From the human T2T-CHM13v2.0 reference genome, Homo sapiens, in assembly GCF_009914755.1 (NCBI RefSeq), contig NC_060926.1: a stretch of 64,000 nt of DNA; one strand, 5' to 3'. A program made the translations under genes and the position numbers. Shown here piece by piece: positions 27,201 through 47,982 of the stretch (the stretch's first letter is position 1; each line of letters starts with the position of its first letter). The notes under the pieces are model-generated. The model was not told where the DNA came from and did not search any database. It was given only the letters and a program-made list of their open reading frames with translations.

Positions 27201-28900
27201 GATCATGCTTTTTCGGTTATACCTAAACCTCTCCTTAATAAGGTAACAAAGGTTTTTCTCTTATGTTTAATTCTTGAAGTGTTAGAATTTTTGGTTTGAC
27301 TTGTAAGTCTATTCTTAACTTTAAGTAACTTTTTGTATGTCATGTGAAATAGAAACATATTTTTTTTATAACATGTTTTTTTGTTTTCTTACTTAGGGCA
27401 CTATTCACTGAAAAGACCATCTTTTCTCTTTCCATTTGCCTTGCTATCTTTATTTTATTGATAATCAATTATTCATCTATGATTCAGTCTGTTTTATTGA
27501 TTTACTTGGAATTTTATTAAAAAGCTACACTTAGAGCTTTATAGTAAGGTAGTCTGGGTCTTCAGGTAATATACTTTTTTAAATTTATTGTTCTAAACTT
27601 TAGCTACTGTAATTTTTTTATATAAATTTTAAAATAAGCTTGGCTATTTCTACGCAAATCTTGGTAAAATTTTGGTGAAATTTTGATGGAAGTTGCACTG
27701 AATCTATAGATCAATTTTGGGGAAAACATGTAACAATGCTGAGTCTTCCAAACTGTGAACATCATATAGCTCACAATGTATGCAGATTTTTTTTCTTTCA
27801 TCAATGTTTTGTTGCCCTCACTGTATATATCTTGCACAAGTCTTATAAGAATTATACCAAAGTTTGTTTGGTTATAGTGCAACAATAAATGGATCTTTTC
27901 AAATTACAACTTTAAATTTTTCATTACTAGTGACAGAGATTCTTTCCTTGACCATACTCTACTCAGGCTCCCCTGTACTCTCATCTCAACTAGCCTCTAA
28001 CATTTGAGCTTCTGTATTTGTCTTTTTGTTGTCCAAATTTAGCAAGAATCCTACTGAGTTAGTCAGTTTCCCCATCCTCAATATCTCATCATGCTTGGTA
28101 TCCAGTTCCTCATCTGCCACCATCTCCGAGGTGGATGTCTGCTGATCACCCTGTCCTGTTGCAGCAATGATTGATCTAATAAGAATCCCTTGTGCCCTGA
28201 TATTTCCTCTTAATAATTTTCCACCTTGCTTCTTGACTATACATTTTCACTTTTCTCTGTTGTATTTAGAGTTGAGCAGAATCTCTTTCCTCTACTGCAA
28301 AACCCCATTGCAGTACTCCCTGTACCCATCCTGATGGTTCTGAACAAAGTCGGCTTTACCATTCTTCAACAAGTGTGATGAGTAATTTTTTTAACACTAG
28401 TATATAGAAATACAGTTAATTGATTGTATATATTGACCTTGTATACTGTAATGTCCCTGAATTCATATATTAGTTTCTATAACTTTGGTAAACTATTTAG
28501 GGTTTTCCAAATCAATGATCAAGTTGTTTGCAAATAACAAAAATTTTACTTCTTTTTTCCCAAACTGGATAACTTTTATTTTTTTCCTTGTCTGATTGTC
28601 TTAGCTAGATCCTTTGTACAAAGTTGCCTTGTTACACATTATTAGGAAGAAGTATTCAGTCTTTTTTCTTTAAGTATGATGTTAACTGTAGCTTGTGTGT
28701 AAATGCCTTTATATCAAGTTGAGGAAGTGCCTTTCTGTTGCTACTTTTTGACAATTTTGTCATGAATAAATGTTGAATCTTATGAAAAGCTTTCCCTGTA
28801 CCTTTTGAGATCACCATATAGTTTGTTTTTAGCTTGTTAATATTGTGAATTGTAGTGATCCATTCTCAAATGTTGACCCCATTTTGCATTTCTGGGATAA
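27200..28900 (-). mobile_element. Ancient L1M ORF2 fragment, split by MER31
   Basis: Reverse frame 'PKLIYRFSATSIKI' is homologous to ORF2 '[14 protein letters not shown]'. Confidence 0.8.
27931..28396 (+). mobile_element. MER31-like solo LTR (ERV1)
   Basis: tgacagagattct...ttaaca termini; 4-bp TSD CTAG (27927-27930 / 28397-28400); removing it restores the L1 sequence. Confidence 0.85.
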
Positions 28901-29007
28901 AAACTATAGTATTATTTTTAGATTGTCATAACAAGATTAAAAATTTATTTAACTCACAGACTATGAAGACCATATCCACACAGCTCTAATTTAGAAATAG
29001 TATTTTA

Positions 29008-29311
<304 letters not shown>

Positions 29312-29519
29312 TTATAATTTTTAACTGTATATTCAACTGATATGAAATTAATTAGCCAATATAGAAGTATTGTTTTTACCTTTAAAATAAGACTTATGAA
29401 GATTGTTTCAGGCATCAATGGAAAAATAAAATAATGTGGTTGTAAAAATGTTCAAAAAAGAAGAATTATGATTTCACTTCAGTGGTAGAAATGGAAGCAA
29501 TGAGAATTTAAGGACAGAA

Positions 29520-29523
<4 letters not shown>

Positions 29524-29560
<37 letters not shown>

Positions 29561-29840
29561 AGATGGAGTCTCACTCTGTCGCCCAGGCTGGAGTGCAGTG
29601 GCATAATATCGGCTAACTGAAGCCTCCTCCTCCCAGGTTCCAGAGATTGTCCTGCTTCAGGCTCCTGGGTAGCTGGGATTATAGGCACACACCACCATGT
29701 CCTGCTAATTTTTGTATTTTTAGTAGAGAGAGGAGTTCACAATGTTGGCCAGGCTGGTCTTGAACTCCTGACTTCAGGTAATCCACCTGCCTTGGCCTCC
29801 CAAAGTGCTAGGACTACAGTCATGGGCCACTGTGTCCAGC
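29524..29840 (-). mobile_element. AluSx/Sz-like with pure 37-nt poly(A) tail
   Basis: TSD taaggacagaaggat (29509-29523 / 29841-29855). Confidence 0.95.
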
Positions 29841-30232
29841 TAAGGACAGAAGGATATCATTGATGAATATAATTGATAGCCGGGAGATACATGACTGAGA
29901 TAGCCCATAAGAAAGGTATTTGTATATTACAGGGGTAGGGTGGGCCTTCTTTGACAAAAGAAAGTATGAAAATCAAAGGATAATTATGTTTTCAATAATG
30001 AAAATTCTAGATTTTCTACAGTTGAACCAGCTAAAATATACTAAATTTTACTATATATCAAATACTGAAGATAGACATATCATTTTTAAAAATCTGCTAA
30101 TATTAAATATTTATTTTAAGTATCTTAAGAGATATTTAATGGTTAAGTAATTTTCCAGGTCACATCGCTAATAAATGTTGTGGCTAGAATTTAAACTCAA
30201 AACTCTTTACTTCCAAAGTATATACTATGAAC

Positions 30233-30668
30233 TGTCAACCAAAAACTCAACAAACTGAGTTTAATAATTGTAATTGTCTTTAATTAGCGATTCATGAATT
30301 AAACAGCATCCTATCTAAAAAACAGAAAGGTACTCTGCTGTGTGTGGCAGAACAGTTGGTTTTTGTAAGGTAAGCTGAGTAGGAACAAGGGAATAGCAGA
30401 GTGCAAAAGGTGGATTGGTCAACATCAGGTTACCTTCCTTATAGGGTTAAAACAGTGGGAACTTTCTTAACGTGTAGACTCAGATCAACTGAACCCCTTA
30501 TGATTGGTTACTGCAAATTTCTTGTTTTTAGGAAAATTGTCCTGTTTCTAAGTTCAGCTTGATTACATGGCATCTAACACAATTGACTCTATAATGTATC
30601 AGTTTGTTCTATGGGATCCTAGTGCAGGATCTCAGTCCAAAACAATGGCCTCTCAGTTTTTTTAAGCA
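30233..30668 (-). mobile_element. MER4-group (MER93-like) solo LTR
   Basis: 'cctagtgcaggatctcagtccaaaacaatggcctc' near the terminus; TG...CA ends. Confidence 0.6.
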
Positions 30669-31079
30669 TAATCACAATCAAAGACTTGAACAATGAGAAA
30701 TAAAATGGAAAGGTTGAGGTTACAGGGGGAAAACTCTTGTAACCTAGTCAATAGATAAGTATCTATAAGAATTTGAGCTTGATGGTCATTTGAATACTAC
30801 AATGAAAAAAAACCACAACTGTGGAATTTATGGGAATCTCATATATACTTGCATAAATGGAGATCCCAAAAGAAGAAACAAACTTTAAATGAGGAAAGGT
30901 ACAATAAAGTAGGATATTTGCTCCCAAGTAATTTCTATTCATCTACCCTCAAAGATATATTACCTTGGGTTGTTTCTAAAATATAATTGAGAATGAACTT
31001 TTGTTTCAGCAGATTTAAATAAAACATTATAAGAATGACTTTTAAAACATGTGGATAAGGAAGATTCATTTGCCCAGAT

Positions 31080-31188
31080 CAGTGGTCCTCAAACTTAAGT
31101 ATGTTTCAGAATCACCTGAAGGTTGTTGAAAGAGATCACTGGGTCCTGTCACAGTGTTTCTGATTCAGTAGGTTGGCTGTGGTGCATA
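31080..31188 (+). mobile_element. MER5A, left half
   Basis: 'cagtggtcctcaaactt...agaatcacctg...gtttctgattcagtagg'. Confidence 0.8.
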
Positions 31189-34630
<3,442 letters not shown>

Positions 34631-34742
34631 TGATAAATATTTACAGTATGTAATGAAATTTCATCTCAAAAACTGATGGTATTTATTGTGTTTTAATAAA
34701 AGCAGACTTGAAAACATTAGTTTTATTAAACAACAACAAAAA
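34631..34742 (+). other. Putative L1 3' transduction
   Basis: Non-L1 sequence between the L1 poly(A) and the resumed MER5A, with AATAAA (34695-34700) and a second A-rich tail (34728-34742). Confidence 0.7.
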
Positions 34743-34743
34743 G

Positions 34744-34857
34744 GAATGTGCATTTTATCAGGGTCCCAGATGCTGCTGCTGCTGCTGCTGCTGCCGCTGC
34801 CGCTGCCGCTGCCGCTGCTGCTGCTGCTGCTCCTGAAATCAGCCTTGACAACCATTG
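34744..34857 (+). mobile_element. MER5A, right half
   Basis: 'gaatgtgcatttt..gtcccagatgctgctg...ttgacaaccattg'. Confidence 0.75.
34772..34831. repeat. Interrupted trinucleotide repeat (GCT)7(GCC GCT)3 GCC (GCT)6
   Basis: 20 triplets counted directly. Confidence 0.97.
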
Positions 34858-37849
34858 GCCTACCCTAGTACATTTCAATTCCACTCTTTCCTCAAGAGCT
34901 AAAAATCCAGTGACCTGACTTTTAGTTACAGTGGTCTGATTACTTGTTTGGTTATGGCAGAAGTGGTTAATTTCCTAGGTCTCATTTCCCTCAGTATCTC
35001 AACTGTGAGTATTGAACTAAATGACCTTTAACATTCCCTCCCTCTTGAGAGTTCCATATTTTTTTCTTTTTTTCTCTTTTTATTTCAAATGTCTAAATCT
35101 CTTGTTGCTGCTTGCTCTCTCATGATTTGAGGCCAATTAATTTAATCATTAATATATAAAATACTTACTGAGGTCTACCTTGTCCTGGACATTAGGTTGT
35201 AAGATGAAGAATGTGTCCCTGCTTTCTAGGAGCTGTATCTTATGTAACAAGTCCCCAAACTTACCATGCATCACCATAGCTTTGTTAAAATTAAAGACAG
35301 CTGGGTCTTCCCCTAAGATTCCTATGTACTAGGTTTAAGTAGAGTCCTGATGCCTATCACTTTAACTAATCTCAGATGCAAATGCTAAGCAGCCAGTTTT
35401 AGGGATTAGTGGCTTTGTGGAGGAGATGAGCACGAAGAAAGAAGACAGTATAAGGTAAGGGAACCAAGAAAAATCGACTGAACGATTATAATCTCAGCCC
35501 AATTACTCTTTGTTGACTGTGGAATCCTGACGAAATGTGTGTTAGCCAGATGTTAGTGATCATGCAAAACACTGAAAGTGGTCAGTGTACAGTACAAATT
35601 GGGGACCTGGTTTTGGGCCATGACTCGGCCACTAGCTTTTCCTAGAATCCTGGATAAATTGTCTCACCTCTTGAGACGCACTCCCTCTATCTGTGAGATG
35701 TGGGTGTAGGGATTGGTGTCATCTAAGATGCCTTTCAATTCTTACAGCTGGTAGCTTTAGAAGACAGGGCTAAGCCTGTAGATGTGTCAGATGGGTTCTA
35801 ATGACCAGCTTTGATAAAAATGTCCAAAGTGGGCTTGTTTCTGACAATTTTCTTATTTCTCCAGTAAGTGGATTCAGAGGAAGAAGGGTAGCAATCCAGT
35901 GGCATACAGTTCTGGATCATTAGAATCCACCAACCAGTGCCTTATTATGGTAGAAGATGACTGTATATGTTTCTTTATTGTGGTTCAATACCATGTGCTT
36001 TCATGATATAGACTTTTCTTTATAGCAGCCTAAAATAATCAAATAATCACCATCAATACTATGCTTCCAGCATATTCTCTAGTCTAGTACACAAATTTAA
36101 AAACAAGAGAATTCAATTAAGGAACCACTGTCCTGTGAGAGCTGTGCTGAAAACTCTAAAATGCCAAGGGATAATGTCAATTGAAATACAAATGTTTCAG
36201 CTTAAACAGGCAAAAAGCTACTTCTTCCCTTACTCTAAAAAAGTGAAACTTTGTCTATTCCTAACAGAGCTCTCTGAGATATAGAGTAATTAGTATCTCT
36301 GGTCAACCATTCTGTGGGCAATATTGGAGGAGTAGAGAGGTTCTAAACAGTAATGCAGTTCTTTTCAGCATGATTTTTTTTCTTATCGAAAAGAAATATG
36401 TGATCCTGTTAAATCTGTAAACGTTTTAATGCAAAGTGGTATAATTTAATTATACTCTTGTCTTTAAAATCAAGCCTATATGTCTAGCTTGTAAAACATA
36501 AAAAAAGTAATGATTTCAAATGAGATTGGGGGGCTGGTATTGGTTATAAAAAAAAAAAAGAAGGAAAACCCTTTACTTTTGTATATGGTTAGAGTTCCCG
36601 ATGGAATTTCAGTTTGATATGTTAAGGGGGACGTGGTTGAATTAGTAAATGGTTGAAAGACAGTCATTATTAATAATATCATAATTGTAACTAATAGCTT
36701 ACAAGTGTCTATTACTTTGAAGACCAGTTATCTTTTTATGATATTTAATGTAGCCATCCTAACATTGAAGGGAAATAGAAATTATTGCACTTATTTTTAA
36801 AATGAAGAAAATGAACCTCAGAGCATTTAAATTCTTCATTCGAGGTCATGAAGGTTATGCATGTGGGATACAAATTTAATTCTCCTATTGGCAAACCCCT
36901 TTAGCCTATCTTGGGCTTTGCTCATTTTCTGGGCAGTCCCCAGCCTAGCAACAGTTCTGGAAAAGTTAGGCATCTATGATGCTGGATGGTAAACTATAAC
37001 TGCACTTAGAAGTAGTTGCAAAAAAGAACATAAATGCTTTTGCTTACATCCTGAAGCTAGTGTTCGCCATGACTGTGACCCATACATGCCCTTAGCAGGA
37101 GAGCTCACCTAGGCACTGTTGCCGTAGAGAAAACATTTGCTTGTGGCTTGTCTAAGCTACCTGTGAGAGTCTATGGTGAGTAGAGAGTCACTCGAAGAGC
37201 AGACCCACACTAAGACCCCCCCCATACATAAAATTAATTGTCTGAAGCTGTAAATGTAAAATGGTTCAAATGCAGTGTCAATGTTGATTATAATCTTAGT
37301 AGTTAAATGCATTCAGGTGTGTCTTCTCATGTTGATGAACCTCACTTATACTACCCATGAATAGAAAAATTGTAAGGGCCAAAATCAGCATATGGATATC
37401 CTCTTGATTTTTCTTATTCTCTCTCTCCTACTGAATATTTGCAGACTCCTCAGACTGTGGCAGAACTTTCATTGGGTACTGACAGTCCATTCTCTTCTGT
37501 CTTCATGCTACATTCATGCTCTGAAAGTTAAGCTACCATTTGCATGCTATTTTAATATGTGTAAGAGCCTGCTGATTGTCATGAGCATATATATTAAAAA
37601 CTGCATCTACTGTGTCACTCCTGTTCTATTTTTAGGCCAGGCTAATAAAGAATTCTCTCTAGTACTACTCCAACGTGCTGCTTGTATGCCCTTCTTGCTT
37701 GCTCACTGCTGACTCCATGATGCCTTAGTCAGACAAATTAATCTTCCTTGCTCTTCTAGTCAACATGATTCTTCTCATGGGTTCTAGTGGGTTTCCTGAA
37801 AAGCCTCAAAAGATGGCATTAAAACAACACCAAGACATGTAATATTGGA

Positions 37850-38426
37850 GAAGCATAGGTCATGACATGACAACCCTCCTTTCAGAGATCTCCAGTGGGG
37901 TCCCCATCTCCAGGTAAAAGCCATCATCCTATCATTACCTGGCAAACCCTGTCAGCTCTCTGATCTTAACAACTTCTACTTCCCCTCTAGCTCAATTTGC
38001 CTTTCTTGCTAATGCTATGCACAAAGACATTTCTGTGGTCTTAGCATTTGCTCATCTCTCTGTCCAGAATGTTTTCCTCATACTTATACATAGGCTAATT
38101 CCTTCCTCTCTTTTAAGTTTTTGTTTATATGACTTTTGTACATTGAGATATTGTGTAATACTATTATTAAAATTGCATCACGTGCACACACACACACACA
38201 CACACACTTTTCATATTATCCTCCTATCTACTATAGTTTCCTCGATAGAAGTTATTTTTAATGTGTCATTTAATTCTTTTTTATCCTTTCTATCTCTTCT
38301 TAACAGAATATAAGCTCTTCTGGGGGCAAGAATTGCAGTTTGTTGTTTGTGTGTTTACTGCTGTATTCCCGGATCTGGACTGAGTGCCTGGCCCACGGTA
38401 TCTTCAATAAATACTTGCTGTATGAA
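37850..38426 (+). mobile_element. L2a 3' portion with internal (CA)n
   Basis: 'agaatataagctc...gagtgcctggccca...caataaatacttgctg'. Confidence 0.8.
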
Positions 38427-39478
38427 ACAACATGTCTAGGCAGTTCCCTAACACTGTTCTTTTTGTGAAGAATGAAGAACAATAAAACAGATAACAGGAG
38501 TTTCTAACAATCTAAACTAGAAAACCAATTTTTAACACAAAGTTTTGTTGACTCTCACATGGTATAAAAATATTCTATTTATTGGGAAAGTACATAAAAT
38601 ATAGTTGTTTTTAATTAGTAATTTAAATCAGTATTTATTAATCTCAAAAATATAACATATAATTTAATCTGTTTTCAGGTGCTATTTGGGTTTGCACAAA
38701 GATCCTAAAAAGAGTTTCTGACTCAGATGTACAACAGTTAGGTCCACAATCCTTATTGTCTTGAAATTGGCCTTTTTTTTTTTTTTTTTAATTGACAAAC
38801 ATGACCTAGTTTCAGTTCCAAGGCCATCATTCCTGTAAGCCTATGTGAAATAGTCCCTGTTTTTTAGGGATTTTTGAAGGATTAAATTTTATAGTATTCA
38901 AAATTATGGTCTTCACCAATGGCCTGCCCTAAGCCTGTGCCTCAGAAACATAATTCAGTCAAGCAATAATGGCAGCAGGCTTCACTTCAGGCTTTACCTA
39001 CCAGGAAAGATTGACAGCGTCATGGGAAAGGATGGGTCCGCCTTGAATATAAATGTTGGTAGCATTTATATCTCTGCTACATTAAATGTAGCAGGAAGAA
39101 CAAAGATAATGGTATCACCTAGATCCAGAGGTGAGCCTGGTTCCCAGTCCCACTGGCCTGATGAGTTTACTTATATAAAACTAAGTTTTCTGATGTATAG
39201 TATAAGCATAATACTTTATAGGACTTTTGTTCATGTCCAAAAATTAATATAAAGAAAGCAAATTTGCTAAAAAAAGATAAAACACCAATACATTAATTAA
39301 ATATAGTTAACAAGAGCACACACAGATTAGTGACGTGATAAAATGTAAGGTATTTTGTGTAGTTAATTGTATAAAAATTAGAATCTTTTCTTAGCAAGAA
39401 TTATAAAAGATAATACTCATAAACCTTACCATTCTGAGCAAAACATTGTGGATAATGTGGTGGTAATATCTTCTGAGA

Positions 39479-40722
39479 ATAAAGCTGGAGGCATCCCATT
39501 ACTCAACTTCAAAGCATAGTAACTGAAAGTTAGTATAGTCAGTATAGTTACGGCAGTGACCGAAACAGCATGGTACTGGTACGAAAACAGACACATAGAC
39601 CAATGAAACAGAATAGAGAGCCCAGAAATAAGGCTGCACACCTACAGCTGTATGATTTTTGACAAAACTGACAAAAACAAGCGATGAAGAAAGGACTCCC
39701 TATTCAATAAATGGTACTAGGATAACTGGCTAGCCATATACAGAAGATTGAAACTGGGGCCCTTTCCTTCCACCATATACAAAAATCAACACAAGATGAA
39801 TTAAACACTTAAATGTAAAACCTAAAAATATAAAAACCCTGGAAGATAACGTAGGCAATACTGTTCTAAACATAGGAACGAACAAAAATTTCATGACGAA
39901 GATACCGAAAGCAATTGCAACAAAATCAAAAATTGACAAATGGGATGTAATTAAAGAGTTTCTGCACAGCAAAAACAACAACAAGGGAGTGGTAATCAGA
40001 TAACCTACAGAATGGGAGACAATATTTGTAAACTATGCATCCATCAAAGGTCTAATATCCAGAATCAATAAGAAACTTAAGCAAAACCAAACAACCCCAC
40101 TAAAAAATGGGCAAAGGAAATGAGTAGATGCTTTTCAAAAGAGACATATGTGAAACCAACGAGTATGTAAGAAATGCTCAGCATCTTATTAGAGAAATCC
40201 ATACCCAAAAGAATATAAGTCACTGTATCACAAAGAAACATTGCATGCGTATGTTCATTGCAGCACTGTTCACAATAGCAAAGACATGAAATCAACCTAA
40301 ATACCCATCAATGGTCAACTGGATAAAGAAAATGTGGTACCTATGTATCACGGAATACTACACAGCTATAAAAAAGAATGAGATCATGTCCTTTCCAGAA
40401 ACATGGATGGAGCTTGAGGCCATTATCCTAAGCAATTTTACGCAGGAACAGACAACTAAATACCACATGTTTTCACTTACAAGTGGGAGCTAAACAAGGA
40501 GAACACATGGACACAAAGAGGAGAACAACAGACACTTCGGCCAACTTGAGGGTGGAGGATGGGAGGAAGGAGAGGATCAGAAAAAATATCTATTGGGAAA
40601 TAGGCTTATTACCTGGGTGACAAAATAATCTATATATCAAACCTCTGTGATACACAGTTTGCCTATATAACAAAACTTCCCGTGTACCTCTTAACCTAAA
40701 ATAAAAGTTATAATAAAAAAAA
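39479..40722 (+). mobile_element. 5'-truncated L1PA15/16-like element with an internal deletion near 40200
   Basis: ORF2 3' end plus 3'UTR 'gagaggatcagaaaaaata'; TSD atcttctgaga (39468-39478 / 40723-40733). Confidence 0.88.
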
Positions 40723-41879
40723 ATCTTCTGAGACTGTGAGAAGTTTAAGAATCAGAAATGTTACTGTGCATATCATGCTATGTGTTTATCCCATGAGTAT
40801 CATTTTACATTTCTAAAGATAATTTCTTAAGAGCTATATTACTTTAAACAATTAGACAAAATCAATTGATGCAGTTAATTTTTAAATTTCTGAATTACTT
40901 TTTAGTAATTTTCATTGTTATAAACTAATATTCCTAGGACAACTTTGTTGTAACTCTTTGCATGTCTTGAAAATGTTAATTATTTCAATAGGAAAAATTC
41001 ACAAGAGTAGAATTTTTGAAATAAGAAAATCTTTAGTGATTTTGAAATAAATTTCCAAATTTTTCCTCAAGAGAAAGAATGCAATTTGGTAAATTCTCTT
41101 TGTAAGAGAATGTGAAAGTTCATGCTCACAACTTTGCCAATATTTTCAATTCTTTTCCAATTTGATAAGTGAAAAATATTACATTGTAATATAATAAAAT
41201 ACTAGTTGTATTAGAAAATTGTAATATAAAGTATTATGTTAAACATCAAACATGTACATAAAATAAAATAATATATGAAAATCACCCTTTATTTTCCAAA
41301 AATCATTACTAGTGTAGGTAACAACTTTCTGTGACACTTGGCCACTTGTGTGTGTATGTATCTTTACATTATAATACATAAAGGAGATCATTTGATGTAT
41401 GTATTTAAATGACTTGCTTTTAATTAACAAAATGTCTTGGCAACTTGTGATAGTGTGTGTTTGTGTTTGTGTGGTTGTGTATATAAAAATTTTCAGTAAA
41501 TTACTACACTGCTTTCCATACTGTATGTGTAGAATACTTGTTTGTTCTACCATTATATACTTTTATGTTGATTATAATGTTATTAAAAACTGGTATATGT
41601 GTACATATACCATATCAGTTTTTATGGTGTATATATGTATATATATACACCATATCAGTTTTTAATAAATGTTTATATGTTGTGCAAAAATATTAATATT
41701 TTTAGGTATGGTAGATAATAACCCATACTCCACAGAAACATTACAATTTAAACTTCAGTGGTAATATATAAAAGTATGAACTTCTGCACACTTTTACAAT
41801 TATTAAATTATTTTTCTACTTGCATTTTCTGATGTCATTTGAAGAACTTTTTATATGCCTACTTAGAAGGCTGTGTATA

Positions 41880-42110
41880 TGGTGAATAAAAGCACAGACT
41901 CTGACCAGATTACATCAGTTTTAATTCTAGTTTCTTTGCTTCCTAGCAAAGAGAGTCTGTAAAATGTAACCAGTCTTTGCCTTGATTTCCCAACTGTAAA
42001 ATGGAGAGGAAATTAGTACCTAGCTAGTAAAGTAGCAGTGAAGACACATGTAAAGTACTAGAGAAAAAACTGGCACAAAATTATCCCCACAATATTTGGT
42101 TAGTTTTTAA
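41880..42110 (+). mobile_element. MIR
   Basis: 'aagcacagactctg...gatttcccaactgtaaaatggag'. Confidence 0.7.
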
Positions 42111-42379
42111 CATTTACTCTTATCTGCCTACTCATATCTTTTGCCCATAGTTTTTTAAAATAAATATTGTTTAATTTTACTAGTCAGAACACTATAGGGT
42201 ATACTTTTACTCTACCCAAAACATGAATTTCCAAGGAAACCATAATTATTGGGCATCCCATCCATGTAATCATTTCCTCTCTGATCTTCCAGGAGAACAC
42301 TCTCCCATACACATGTCTTTCATCTCCTCCTCCTCAATCTTCTTCATGAAATGTGTTTTCTTTGCCTGTGTCTCTGTTT

Positions 42380-43883
42380 TTAACTTTTAAGTTCAGGTGT
42401 ACTCATGCAGGTTTGTTATAGAGGTAAACTCATGTCATGGGTTTTTTTTGTACAGATTATATTGTTACCCATGTATTAAGCCTAGTGCCCATTAATTATT
42501 TTTCTTGATTCTCTCTCTCCTTCTATCCTCCACTTTTCAGTAGGCTCTAACGTCTGTTGTTTCCTTATGTGTCCATTTTTCTTATTGTTATTCTCCCACT
42601 TATAAGTGAGAACATGTGGTATTTGGTTTTCTGTTCCTGCAGCAGTTTGCTAAGGATAATGGCCTCCAGCTCCATCCATGTTCATGCAAAGAACATAATA
42701 TTGTTCTCTTTTATGGCTTCATACTATTCCATGGTATATATGTACCACATTTTTGTTATCCAGTCTACCACTGATGGACATTTAGGTTGATTCCATGTCT
42801 TCGCTATTGTGAATACTGCTTCAGTGAACATACACATGAATGTGTCTTTATAATTAAACAATTTATATTCCTTTGGGTATATACATAGCAATGTGATTGC
42901 TGGGTTAAATAGTAGTTCTGTTTTTAGGTCTTTGAGGAATTACCACACTGTTTTCCACAATGGTTGGACTAATTTACACTCCCACCAGCAATATAAATTG
43001 TTCTCTTTTCTCTGTAACCTCACTAGCATCTGTTATTTTTTTACTTTTTTAAAATAGCCATTCTGACTGGTGTGAAATGGTATCTCACTGCGGTTTTGAT
43101 TTGCATTTCTATAATGATCAGTGATGTTGAGCTTTTTTTCATATGCCTGTTAGCTGTATTTATGTCTTTTTTTGAAAAGTGTCATTTCATGTCCTTTGCC
43201 CACTTTTTAATGGGGTTGTTTTCTTTTCCTGTAAACTTAAGTTTCTTATAGATGCAGTATATTAGACCTTTGTCAGATTCATAGTTTGCAAAAATATTCT
43301 CCCATTCTGTAGGTTGTCTGTTTCCTCTGTTGATCATTTCTTTTGCTGTGTAGAAACTCTTTAATTGGATCCCACTTGTCAATTTTGCTTTTGTTGCAAC
43401 TGCTTTTGGCATTTTATTCATCAAATCTTTTCCCTTCCTATGTCCAGAATGGTATTGCCTAGGTTGTCTTCCAGGGTTTTTACACTTTTGGGTTTTACAT
43501 TTAAGTTGCTAATCCATGTGGAGTTGATTTTTGTATACATTGTAAGAAAGGAGTCCAATTTCAATTTTCTGCATATGGCTAGCCAGTTTTCCCAGCACCA
43601 TTTATTGAATAGGGAATCCTTTCCTCCTTGCTTGTTTTTGTCAGCTTTGTTGAAGATGGTTGGTTGTAGATGTGTGGTCTTATTTCTGGGCTCTCTATTT
43701 CTGTTCCATTGGTCTATATATCTGTTTTTGTACCATTACCATGTTGTTTTGGTTACTGTAGCTCTGTAGCACAGTTTGAATTCAGGTAGCATGATGCCTC
43801 CAGCTTTGTTCTTTTCTCTTAGGATTGCCTTGGATATTTGGGCTCACTTTTGGTTCCATACGAATTTCAAAATAGTTTTTTCT
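42380..43883 (-). mobile_element. L1PA13-like host element, 3' part
   Basis: 3'UTR 'gcaggtttgttatagaggtaaactcatgtcatgg'; ORF2 continues at 49904. Confidence 0.88.
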
Positions 43884-44096
43884 TTTTTTTTATTATACTT
43901 TAAGTTTTAGGGTACATGTGCACATTGTGCAGGTTAGTTACATATGTTTACATGTGCCATGCTGGTGCACTGCACCCACTAACTCGTCATCTAGCATTAG
44001 GTATATCTCCCGATGCTATCCCTCCCCCCTCCCCCCACCCCACCACAGTCCCCGGAGTGTGATATTCCCCTTCCTGTGTCCATGTGATCTCATTGT

Positions 44097-47919
<3,823 letters not shown>

Positions 47920-47982
47920 TATGATGATAGCTGGTGATTTTGCTCGTTAGTTGATGCAGTTTCTTCCTAGTCTCGATGGCCT

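Noticed and set aside
34661-34868. Poly-Ser/Gly and poly-Leu ORFs
   Set aside because: Artefacts of the trinucleotide repeat inside MER5A
36950-37140. RFX-like half-sites cctagcaac and gttgccgtag
   Set aside because: Incomplete X-boxes, expected by chance
38660-38745. Plus-strand acceptor tctgttttcAG
   Set aside because: No good partner donor nearby
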